From Macrostomum lignano (taxonomy: Eukaryota), in assembly GCA_002269645.1 (NCBI GenBank), contig NIVC01000679.1, positions 186,001 through 250,000 of the forward strand: DNA of 64,000 nt. Direction: 5' to 3'. The notes beneath the pieces are model-generated. The model searched no databases and was not told where the DNA came from. It was given only the letters and a program-made list of their open reading frames with translations. This document shows, in pieces, positions 15,401-26,600 of this stretch. The position numbers were made by a program, and so were the translations under genes. Position 1 is the stretch's first letter. Each line of letters opens with the position of its first letter.

Positions 15401-18400
15401 GGGTCAAAAGTTAATCCGAAAAATTATTTTCATCGATCTTCAATGGGTAGAGCAGCACAGAGCATTATTTATTAGTCCTACTTGAAAATAGTCTTGATTT
15501 CTTCTCACCCAGCTCTCTCCTTGACTTGATCTCCTTCACCACATTCTGGATGAAGGCGCCGGCGTGATGCAGCGCGTTTTCGCGTCTGAGAAGCAGAACG
15601 CAGGCGACTCCGTTTGAGAAGCAGGCGGCTTGGCTGTCAGCCATGCCTAACAGATTGGCCAGCTCGTCTCGGTGCAGCTGCACTCTTCGACAGCCAATCA
15701 GAGCGAAGCCGCTCTCGCTGGCTAGATGAATCACCTGAGAATGGTTTTATATTGACAGGTAAACCTTTAACAGGTAGGGGACTTCTGACAGGCTAAACTC
15801 TTCTGACAGGTTAAACTCTTCTGACAGGTTCAACTTCTGACAGGTTCAACTTCTGATAGGTTAAACTTCTGACAGGTTTAACTTCTGACAGGTTTAACTT
15901 CTGACAGGTTCAACTTCTGACAGGTTCAACTTCTGATAGGTTCAACTTCTGACAGGTTTAACTTCTGACAGGTTCAACTTCTGACAGGTTCAACTTCTGA
16001 TAGGTTCAACTTCTGATAGGTTAAACTTCTTACAGGTTAATTTCTGACAGGTCAACTTCTGACAGATTCAACTTCTGACAGGTTAAACTTCCGACAAATG
16101 AACCTGTTTTGTATAGAAAACTTAAACGGCCATTCAGCAGCCAAGCAACTGCTCACCCAGCCGATCTCAGTGACCAGAGGCGAGGCCAACATCGCCACGT
16201 CCTCCAAGGGCGCCGCAGTCAGCAATCTGGCTACGCAGCTTAAATCCTCGCGGTCGGGGGCCAGGGCTCGAACCTGCGACTGAGTCATCTTTGGCGACAG
16301 GCGGCCACCGAAGTAGCGGGCCAGCTCTCTGTCAGGGAGAGAAAGAACTCCATCAGTTTAACTTGGCGCACTTAGCAACAAACCTATACTTGATTTACCT
16401 TCCCCATAGCAACAAACCCATTCTTAATTTATATTCCCCATAGCAACAAACCCATGCTTAATATATAAAATGGTATTATAATATTAATATATAAGTGCTT
16501 ACATTCCCCATAGCAACAAACCCCTGCTTAATCTACCTTCCCATGGCAAACAAACCCAATGCTTAATTTACCTTTCCCATAGCAACAAACCCATACTCAA
16601 TAACCTTTCTCATAGTAACAAACCCATACTCAATCTATATTCCCCATAGCAACAAACCCATATTCAATATATTCCCCATGGAAACAAACCCATACTCAAT
16701 CTATATTTCCCCATAGCAACAAACCCGTACTCAACTCGCCTTTTCAGTAACAAAATCCTAAACTCGGTTTAACTTCCCCATAGCAACAATGATTTTAATT
16801 AACTACCTGGGCACACTCTCCGCATAGCGACTAACCGCCCAGCCGTCGCGCCGGCCTTCAAACACGCCGCCGGAAGCGGCAACCGATCGCATGGCCGTCA
16901 CGGCCCCGCAGCCGCGCACAGCGATGGCCAGTGTGGCCGCCTGCGATTTCGCCGCCGAATAAATCATTCGAACTCCGGCCAAGTCGCAGCCAGCCGATGC
17001 CACAGACCGCAGCAGGCGGAGCATCCTCGCCGGCTGAGCAGCCGCCAGATCCCTGTCAAGCTCCAGCACGGAGGCCTCCATAGGCAGAGAGCAGGGTGGC
17101 CAGTGCTCCACCAGACCGGACGGCTCTCGTCTCAACGGACACCAGAACATCGAGACTCGGTCGCTGGCCAAGGATCGACCGTCCATCGATCGACTCAAGC
17201 TGAGCAGAGTCGATAGCGGATGCCTACTCACGAATAGGTCGTTAAATTCGGCATTGAACCAAGCTGAGCAGGCTTGATGAAGATTCGTATCGGACAGGTA
17301 GCGATGCAGCGGCATGTCCCTGTTGGCGTGGGCGGCAACTTGCAATCGGAGCTGGCCGCTGCCGCAGTCCGCTAGCTGGCGAAGTCCGAGGATGTGCAGT
17401 GGATCGGTTGGTTTGGGCTGAGCAGCTGACAGGCTGAGTAGCCAGACTAGCAGGCAGTGGTAGCTGGCATCGCGAGCTGTGTCAACAACGTCCAGAGGCT
17501 GACCGTTGACTCCCAGAAGCTGACCGCATGGACTTAGCCGGGCTTCTAGGAGCAGCAGATTCTCCGACTGGCGGCAGGACGGGTCAAGAGGCTCGGGAGC
17601 CGGCTCGGTAAAGCTGACGTCATCATGAGCGACCGGTTCGAGGCCGACCGCTACGAGATTCGGCGCCAGGTCTCGGAGAGCGAGCAGCAGCGATCGGCGG
17701 CGTGACAGCTCCGCTTCCCGCTGGCGCCTTTGGGGGAGAATTTGTGGGTGTTGGCGAACTGCTTCTTTTAAGACTTTTAGATGCTTTTAGAGAGATTATG
17801 CAGTCGAATCTGTGGGGCTGATTGTCACTCCAATAGTTAGTATTAATGGGGTTGATTGTCGCTTCAATAGACAGTGGAAATGCGGTTGACTGTCGCTTCA
17901 ATAGACAGTGGAAATGGGGTTGATTGTCGCTTCAATAGACAGTGGAAGTGGGGTTGATTGTCGCTTCAATAGACCGTGGAAATGGGGTTGATCGTTGCTT
18001 CAATAGACAGTGGAAGTGGGGTTGATTGTCGCTTCAATAGACAGTGGAAATGGGGTTGATTGTCACTTCAATAGACAGTGGAAATGCGGTTGACTGTCGC
18101 TTCAATAGACAGTGGAAATGGGGTTGATTGTCGCTTCAATAGACAGTGGAAATGGGGTTGATTGTCGCTTCAATAGACCGTGGAAATGGGGTTGATTGTC
18201 GCTTCAATAGACCGTGGAAATGGGGTTGATTGTCGCTTCAATAGACCGTGGAAATGGGGTTGATTGTCGCTTCAATAGACCGTGGAAATGGGGTTGATTG
18301 TCGCTTCAATAGACAGTGGAAATGGGGTTGATTGTCACTTCAATAGACAGTGGAAATGCGGTTGACTGTCGCTTCAATAGACAGTGGAAATGGGGTTGAT

Positions 18401-21400
18401 TGTCGCTTCAAAAGACAGTGGAAATGGGGTTGATTGTCGCTTCAATAGACCGTGGAAATGGGGTTGATTGTCGCTTAAATAGACAGTGGAAATGGGGTTG
18501 ATTGTCGCTTCAATAGACAGTGGAAATGGGGTTGATTGTCGCTTCAATAGACAGTGGAAATGGGGTTGATTGTCGCTTCAATAGACAGTGGAAATGGGGT
18601 TGACTGTCGCTTCAATAGACAGTGGAAATGGGGTTGATCGTTGCTTCAATAGACAGTGGAAGTGGGGTTGATCGTTGCTTCAATAGACAGTGGAAATGGG
18701 ATTGACTGTCGCTTCAATAGACAGTGGAAATGGGGTTGATCGTTGCTTCAATAGACAGTGGAAGTGGGGTTGATCGTTGCTTCAATAGACAGTGGAAATG
18801 GGATTGACTGTCGCTTCAATAGACAGTGGAAATGGGGTTGACTGTCGCTTCAATAGACAGTGGAAATGGGATTGACTGTCGCTTCAATAGACAGTGGAAA
18901 TGGGGTTGATCGTTGCTTCAATAGACAGTGGAAATGTCGCCACCACACACTGAAAATATTCCTTCAACAAAGCAGTTTTTTACTCACATTGCTTGCAATT
19001 TTTTCTCCAAATCAGCAGCTGGCGAAAGAGTTTGCGGCGCAGCCATGCTAACATTTTCTGGTTTCAACGCCGAGTTTGCTGCTGAATCATCAGACAGTTT
19101 ATGCTGTCCGGTCGATGCCGTCTTTGACAGGCCATTCTCTTTTGGCTGTGAGTCTTTGTCAGAGGCCGCGTCACCGCCAGCAACGGGTGAAGTCTTTGTC
19201 CCAGCGAAGGCTGTTGTCGAGACTTTTTGAGCTGGCGGACGCTTCGAGTTGGCGTGGGAATTGGCTGGCCTAAATTTTGGGAGAATTTTTGTTTGGGGGT
19301 GTAGAGAAAATAAGACTAAAAACACTAGAACTAAATTAGATGTTAAATTGAATACTAAGATACGCCAGTAAGTGGGCGCAGGGCCCAAACAAGTATATTT
19401 ATATGACTAATTTAGAGGGGGGTTGACTCCAGATAATAAGGAGAGGGGTGAAGTGCGCGACTGAAGAGAGAGGCGAGAATGGAGAACCAATCAGAAGGCA
19501 GCAAGGGAGAGAGAGAGATAAGAATAACAAGATTGAGCTAGACAGAGAGAGAGAAAACGGAGTAAACAGAGACAAGTGAAGGTGAACTAAAGAAATGACT
19601 AGGAAAGTCGCGACACTCCCCCCAAAAAATGGAACATTTTTTGAATTTTCGAGTACCATTACCAATTGAAATTAATGAGTTAGAATTAGGTCGAATTAAA
19701 TTGAAAAACACATTCACAATAAATGGTGTATAAAACGATTTGAAAAATACATAATGACTAAGAATTTGAATACAAAAACAGTAGAGCGAATGCAAAATAT
19801 TAAGACCGAATTTTAAACTTAGATTTTTATTGAGTAGTTTTTGAACCAATGAGAAGACTGAAAAGACTGAATATATCCACCCTCCCCCTTAAAAATTAGC
19901 AATTTTTAATTGTAAATGGCTAGTACAGTTTAGAGAAAACATTAACATTGTCAGTTGAGTAAGAGAGCTGAGATGAGAGAGATGAGATGAGATGAGAATC
20001 AAGTTGATGAAAAGAACAACTGGAGACGACTAGAGACAACTGGAGACACTGACAAGAGAGGAGGGGACCGAGTGAAGAAAGTTTGACAAAGACCGGTGAG
20101 ATTGACTGCCGACACCGACTCCGAAGACGTGACGACGGCCCGAGTTGAATTGTGAATATGCCGCCGGCACCGACTCCGAAGACGAGACCGACAGCCCGAG
20201 TTGAAATGCGAATATGCTGCCGGCACCGACTCCGAAGACGAGACCGACAGCCCGAGTTGAAATGTGAATATGCTGCCGGCACCGACTCCGAAGACGAGAC
20301 CGGCAACCAGAGATGAGACGATTGAGAGGCCGGCAGACGAGACGATTGAGAGGCCGGCAACCAGAGACGAGACGATTGAGAGGCCGGCAACCAGAGACGA
20401 GACGATTGAGGCCGGCAACCAGAGACGAGACGATTGAGAGGCCGGCAACGAGACGATTGAGAGGCCGGCAACGAGACGATTGAGAGGCCGGCAACGAGAC
20501 GATTGAGAGGCCGGCAACCAGAGACGAGACGATTGAGAGGCCGGTAGACGAGACGATTGAGAAGCCGGCAAGCAGAGACGAGACGATTGAGGCCGGCAAC
20601 CAGAGAGGAGACGATTGAGAGGCCGGCAACGAGACGATTGAGAGGCCGGCAAGCAGAGACGAGACGATTAGGAGTCGATGACGGGATGACGAGATGACTG
20701 GTGTAGGGCTACGACAACGACGATGGCATGGCCTTTGCCAGCCTTACTGTATTGACTGAATTATTTTTCATTGGGCGCCATGTAGAGAAAATAAGACTAA
20801 AAACACTAGAACTAAATTAGATGTTAAATTGAATACTAAGATACGCCAGTAAGTGGGCGCAGGGCCCAAACAAGTATATTTATATGACTAATTTAGAGGG
20901 GGGTTGACTCCAGATAATAAGGAGAGGGGTGAAGTGCGCGACTGAAGAGAGAGGCGAGAATGGAGAACCAATCAGAAGGCAGCAAGGGAGAGAGAGAGAT
21001 AAGAATAACAAGATTGAGCTAGACAGAGAGAGAGAAAACGGAGTAAACAGAGACAAGTGAAGGTGAACTAAAGAAATGACTAGGAAAGTCGCGACAGGGG
21101 GGTTGCTAAGGCGGCTGAGGGGACCGATTGCAAGGCAACACACCAGCCACTAACCATCCAGCCTGTTTAGCCCGTCGATACGAGTCCAGCCAGAGACCTC
21201 CCGCTGCGCTATCGTCCTCATCCTCCGAGCTGCTCTCTCGATGATTGTCTCCAACCGCCGTGGCGTCAGCCTTCGCCTCCGACGAGTCCAACAGCGTCGG
21301 GCCAAACCGCAGCAGGTCGGACATCTGCAGCGATGCAGCTTGGCTGTGTCGAAGGTCAACTCGAACTGTTTGTCGTTTAGCAGACGCTTCCATAGCTTGC

Positions 21401-23248
21401 AGTGCCCGATCAGTGAGCGAGTCCGCGTATGCTGCCGCACCGCTGCTACTGTTAGTAGTGCTAGTAGCCACTGCTGTGCTTGTTGATGCTGGGCTGCGGC
21501 TGGCTGGCGGAGCCGGTTGCGGTTTCGGCTGTCTGGAACCGCTGAACATCAGGCTGTGCTGGCTCAACTGACGGAGCAGCTCGTCGTTGCGGGCTGCATC
21601 TGTCGGGAATGCGGACAAATCGCTAGAGCTGACAGACACTACAGCTGACAGACACTTCAGCTGACAGACACTACAGCTGACAGATACTACAGCTGACAGA
21701 CACTACAGCTGACAGACACTACAGCTGACAGACACTACAGCTGACAGATACTACAGCTGACAGACACTACAGCTGACAGATACTACAGCTGACAGACACT
21801 ACAGCTGACAGACACTTCAGCTGACAGACACTACAGCTGACAGATACTACAGCTGACAGACACTACAGCTGACAGACACTACAGCCGACAGACACTACAG
21901 CTGACAGACACTACAGCTGACAGACACTACAGCTGACAGACACTTCAGCTGACAGACACTACAGCTGACAGACACTACAGCTGACAGACACTACAGCTGA
22001 CAGGCACTACAGCTGACAGACACTACAGCTGACAGACACTACAGCTGACAGACACTACAGCTGACAAACAGACAGTTGGCAACTCACCAGGCTCAGCCGT
22101 CAAGCTGGCGATGTCGATGTCAGCGGGCTCGTCAGGCAGCTGGAGCTGGTCCAGCACTTTCGACAGCTGCGCATCGGCAACGTCGCCGAGCTTCAAAGGC
22201 GCCCAGCTGCCGCCGTGGCTGCGGCCAGCTGAGCTGGCCAACGTCGTGGATTTTTTCACCTCCGTCGAAGCATTCAGAGCGGGAGCCCCTGGCGAAGCTG
22301 CAGCCGTGGAGGTTCCGGCCGAGGCAAACCGTTTTGGCACGGTGCTCTGGTCGGCGTCGCACTGCGTCCCTGACGACGTGGATTGTGTCGTCGTGGATAA
22401 ATACGGTTTCTGCATCTCTGCTGAGTCTTCTTTCGCTGACCAAAACCCAGAGGCGATGTCGCGCACCGGTTCTGGAAAATCGACGGCCATGTCGCTGTTG
22501 TCTCCAACTTCAGCTTCATCCTGCCAGTCCAGCGAGTTGGAGTCCTGAAAAAAAGTATTGAGCACAATATTTAATTCAGTCTAACTGTATTGAAAATATA
22601 CTTTAACAAATCATTTGAGAATCTTACATCCAAAAAGCTGAGGTCGATATTGCCTGACTCTTCATTGCCCAGGGTTGGCCGGGAAAAAATCTGAATCTGT
22701 AGTTATTTAAAATTAAAAATCAAGTACAATACAGTTTACATTTAGGTGATTTTTCGTATGAAGGGAAATGAATGTGAAATGAGAATCTATTTGTTGTGAA
22801 TTATAAGTTCAAAGATCACTTTATAAAACTTTCAAAAAATTGCAAAGTGAATGAAAAGACTGTAGTGGAATATAAGGTATAGCTTTTTTATAAAAATTAT
22901 AACATGTAGACAAACTTTTTGATATGATGATACCATACATGTTTTTAAGTAATTTTGTGGATTCATATAAATTAAGTACGCCTTAAGTAAGGTAGGGTAT
23001 TTGGTATTCCTTTACAGATAGGACACCGGGTAAATTATTTTTGTGATATCCTATTATGGTCTAAGGAAAACAGTGCAAATCACACGAAAAGCTGCTACAC
23101 TTGAAAGAAAATAGTCTTAAATAACTTAAAGTTTGATTCGCTATCTCACATTTGATCCACCTGTGGAAGATGTTTCGTCATCGTCATCGTCGCTAAAATG
23201 AATTTCTGGTAGCTTAAAGCTTAGTTCATTCTCTTCCTTTGAGTCCAT
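9475..23248 (-). CDS. 15-exon ~1429-aa protein: acidic/disordered N-terminus, coiled coil, multiple degenerate NDP-kinase-like domains; DNAAF8 (C16orf71/Daap1)-like
   Basis: Exons (minus): 23248-23150, 22690-22628, 22544-22088, 21599-21155, 19269-18988, 17727-16807, 16328-16157, 15734-15509, 15110-15028, 13552-13164, 12604-12121, 11909-11850, 11232-10873, 10360-10275, 9637-9475. All introns are GT-AG with matching phases; total 4290 nt. NDK-like segments include GFALIGCRRVQL..VLLLRRENAL, FELLGLKCLP..TFVIRG, GVRLIGLQSLRL..NYLVFILEG..VVYQTED. The gene structure is well supported; the DNAAF8 identity rests on recalled motifs (TVRVDLR..ESSSEDED) and needs a search. Confidence 0.7.
9740..10140. 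repeat. 32-bp intronic minisatellite (GATGGAGTGAGAATCTCATGGGATATAATGTT)
   Basis: Direct reading. Confidence 0.9.
10466..10807. repeat. Near-perfect 15-bp array (GGCGCCAGCACCAGA)
   Basis: About 23 copies, one variant unit; explains the LAPLV, QHQRR and WCWRL ORFs. Confidence 0.95.
11350..11820. repeat. 39-40-bp intronic minisatellite (TTTACCTGTTCTCCCAGGTACTTTTGAGGAGTGCTCCTC)
   Basis: Direct reading. Confidence 0.92.
12690..12990. repeat. CTGACA-core 8/9/17-bp tandem repeat
   Basis: Direct reading. Confidence 0.9.
13600..15012. repeat. ~34-bp intronic minisatellite (GTTCCCCAATTGATGAGGCACCATTGTCTCCTCT)
   Basis: Direct reading. Confidence 0.95.
15780..16095. repeat. 16-bp intronic array (CTGACAGGTTCAACTT)
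   Basis: Direct reading. Confidence 0.92.
16375..16790. repeat. Degenerate repeat with core CCCCATAGCAACAAACCC
   Basis: About 9 diverged copies. Confidence 0.8.
17850..18935. repeat. 34-bp intronic minisatellite (TTCAATAGACAGTGGAAATGGGGTTGATTGTCGC)
   Basis: Direct reading. Confidence 0.95.
19300..21096 (-). mobile_element. Non-autonomous LTR retrotransposon (TRIM/LARD-like), 1797 bp, in intron 4 of the NDK-repeat gene
   Basis: Two 316-bp direct repeats (19300-19615, 20781-21096), TG...CA ends, no differences seen by eye. GGGGG on both flanks (5-bp TSD). Minus-strand PBS TGGCGCCCAA at 20771-20780 and PPT GGGGGGAG at 19616-19623. No gag/pol ORF. Confidence 0.9.
21625..22070. repeat. 16-bp array (GCTGACAGACACTACA) filling intron 3
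   Basis: Direct reading. Confidence 0.95.
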
Positions 23249-23654
23249 CTTAAGGAAATTGCAAGAAAAAATAAGAGTAAAATTGTAAAAATCTACTCAG
23301 TTTCAGCAGGTCAAATTTGCACACTACGCTGGAATCTAGAGCAGACAAGCGTTTTTAGGAGCAGAATATATTCTTTTTGTTCATTTTGCATAAAAAAACA
23401 TTTTTATTTAAAAATTATATGTAAAATTATAATTATAAAGTTTTTCTGATTCTCATTTCTATTTATTTTGTTTTAGCCCTTAAGTTCTTAGAAAAAAAAG
23501 TCCAAAACTTCCACGTGCGAGTTAATGCCCTGGCAATAAGGTTGAGAATAAAGGCGGAAATCCAGACATTTTAAAAGGCAATCAAACATATTTTTGACCA
23601 TAAGAAATTTAACTTAACTATTAGTAGTAGCGACAGCGTCAAAATATTAGTTTA

Positions 23655-26600
23655 ATGTCTCAGCGAAAGTTTTATCCAACCCATTGTTGGGTGCCTCAAG
23701 GATGCTTTGATCTTGTACCACGCCATGTAAGTTTTCCTATACATTGACACAGTTCATAAAGTATATTTTTAGGCTTAAAATACAATATTCCAGATCGTGA
23801 TGAGCTTATGGTCTAAGTAATTTAATATTTATAAAATATTCCTCTCATGATTCATGTTAAGACCAAATGGCAAAAGAATAGGCTTAAATAAGAAACTGGC
23901 CCAAATGATGCCAACTGCAGCATAAAAAAGAAAAAATAATGTTAAATTTGTCAAGATGATAGTTTTAGAGAATATCAAATATACATGTGATGTAGATGGC
24001 ATATTGCAGAAAATATAGGCCAAAAAATCATGGCATATGAATGCTTTACTGACTGGCATATATCTAGCAAACAATTTAACAAATGCTTTGGTTTGGCTCA
24101 TGTACATTGGGTTTACAAGAAGAAAATGCAACTTTCTGGCACCATTATTGGCTTAAAGTTCTTAACCAAACTTGTTTAAGCTTGCAATGCAGTGTAAAAC
24201 AGCTTAAAGAATATGATATCATTATATAAATAAATTATGCTAAGCAATCTTTTGCTATAGACTTATTAAAGTTAATTTCAAAAGATGACAATAAATTTGG
24301 TTTTCAAATAATACACAAAAATTTTCTATTGTTACGAATAAAAAATGAACTTAGATCAATGATACAATATATATAAATTTTTGTTCTATTAATTATTTCC
24401 ATTTTAATGATATAGGCCTAGCCTTAGGCCCCCTATAGGTTTCATATTTTGCAAGAATTAGGCCCTATTTATAGTGTCTATTGCTTATTGCATTTTTTCT
24501 ATGTTTGTTAGTCCTGGAATTTTTATTGGTACATAATTTATTAAAACACTTGATTGGCATACTATTCTAGCATATATTTTACTTGATAGCCAAATACTTT
24601 TTAGTATATATATATGATCCACAATATGGCATGTAGAATGCAAATGGAGGTATCTAAATTGAAACCAATTTTTATTCCTTCTAGGCCTCTATGTTTTGGT
24701 TATAAACATTGAGTTTTAGTAGGCAGAATTAAAAAAAGCTTGCTTGCTGGCTTTTATATTTTTAACTTTTTGCTAATTGAATTGCTAGCTCTTTTGCTAT
24801 GCATTACAAATGCAAGCCAATTGTTTTATTGTGTATAAACTATCTAGATTAACTGTATATAAAATTAGGTACATAGTTTTTAATTCAGTTACACAAATAG
24901 ATTGTATTCACTTTTAAATTAATTGCTAGTTCAAATAAACCTAGTCCTAAATGATAAATGTTAATACCTTTAATTAACTAGAATGTTAGTTTTTCAAAAT
25001 TGTCTATAAATTTATTTGGTCCCATTAACTTTACTTTGTTAGAAGTAAAAAAACAATACTTTCATTAATTTTAGGCAGACAAAGATGAAAACTATGCTCA
25101 GTTGTTGAATGATGAGGCTGCCAAAGCAAGACGAGACCTGTAAGTCTTAATTGTTTTTAACTTGACTTTGCAAATCAATATTTTAAATATAAACTGCTAA
25201 GATTAGGGTAAAGGTAATGGTGCCCACTCATATACAGGCTATATAATGGGGCTATAGCACCGACTAAAAGATCTGAGGAGAGGGTCAGCAGCCACTGAAG
25301 GATCTGAGGGGAGGGGCAGCAGGCACTGAAGGATCTGAGGGGAGGGGCAGCAGGCACTGAAGGATCTGAGGGGAGGGGCAGCAGGCACTGAAGGGTCTGA
25401 GGGGAGGGGCAGCAGGCACTGAAGGATCTGAGGGGAAGGGCAGCAGGCACTGAAAGGTCTGAGGGGAGGGGCAGCAGGTACTGAAGGGTCTGAGGGGAGG
25501 GGCAGCAGGCACTGAAGGATCTGAGGGGAGGGGCAGCAGCCACTGAAGGATCTGAGGGGAGGGGCAGCAGGCACTGAAGGGTCTGAGGGGAGGGGCAGCA
25601 GGCACTGAAGGGTCTGAGGGGAGGGGCAGCAGGCACTGAAGGATCTGAGGGAGGGGCAGCAGGCACTGAAGGATCTGAGGGGAGGGGCAGCAGGCACTGA
25701 AGGATCTGAGGGGAGGGGCAGCAGGCACTGAAGGATCTGAGGGAGGGGCAGACAGAATATCCCATCATGGTTATCAACAGTTCAATGAAGAATTCTCAAA
25801 GAGCTGTGAGCCAACAGCTCAACACAACCAACTCAAACAAAGCTACTTCTCTGTAAATTTAGCCAAGCTGCCAGAGCCGCTGCCGCAGGACAGTCAGGCG
25901 GCGAGGTCATGGACGCTGACGCTGGCGGCGACGCTGAGAACGAGGCGCCAGACGACGATGACGAAGACATTGACGACATCCAGCCGGCTGATGCAGACGC
26001 GGCTGATGACGGCACAGACGACGAGGACGACGAAGACGAGGACTCCAAGCTGGTGCCAACAGACAATCTGGTTGTCGTTGCCCAGGTGCAGCAGAACCAG
26101 GGCATCTCAGAGGCTCAAATACACGTTTACAATGAGCCTAATAAGCAGTTCTACGAGCACAGGTGCTTCTATTTGGACTCGATGCCGCTGTGCTTCGAAT
26201 TTGTTGGCAGGGGCGGTCACCTGCTGGCTATTGGCAGAATGGAGCAGTCCATTCAGCTGTGGGATCTGGACTTGATCGAGGCTCTGTTGCCGTCTGTGCA
26301 GTTGGAAGGCAAGTGTGCACTTTTTATGTACAGAGAGTGTACATGCTTGACGATTAGACCGTCAATCAGGGCCGTTGAGCACTCTGTGTGAGCGTGTCTT
26401 TAGCCTGGAATTAACGAAAGGGGTGATGATGGAATGCTTGAGAGATTCGTTAAGAATGTCCAGCAGTTGAAGTTTGCTCACTGTTCGAGGTTTGGTCACC
26501 TGGTGCAACCTGTTGAAGGTCCAGAAGCTCCGGCTTTGAAGCTCCGGCTTTGATAAAATTTGGATGCTTGGCAAGGCTGCACTAAGGCGAAGTGCTGATT

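Noticed and set aside
7010-18935. Regular arrays as possible CRISPR loci
   Set aside because: Units are head-to-tail with no unique spacers, no cas genes, and the context is eukaryotic with introns.
19920-20652. 183-217-aa ORFs inside the LTR element as possible gag
   Set aside because: Derived from internal tandem repeats; no gag or pol motifs.
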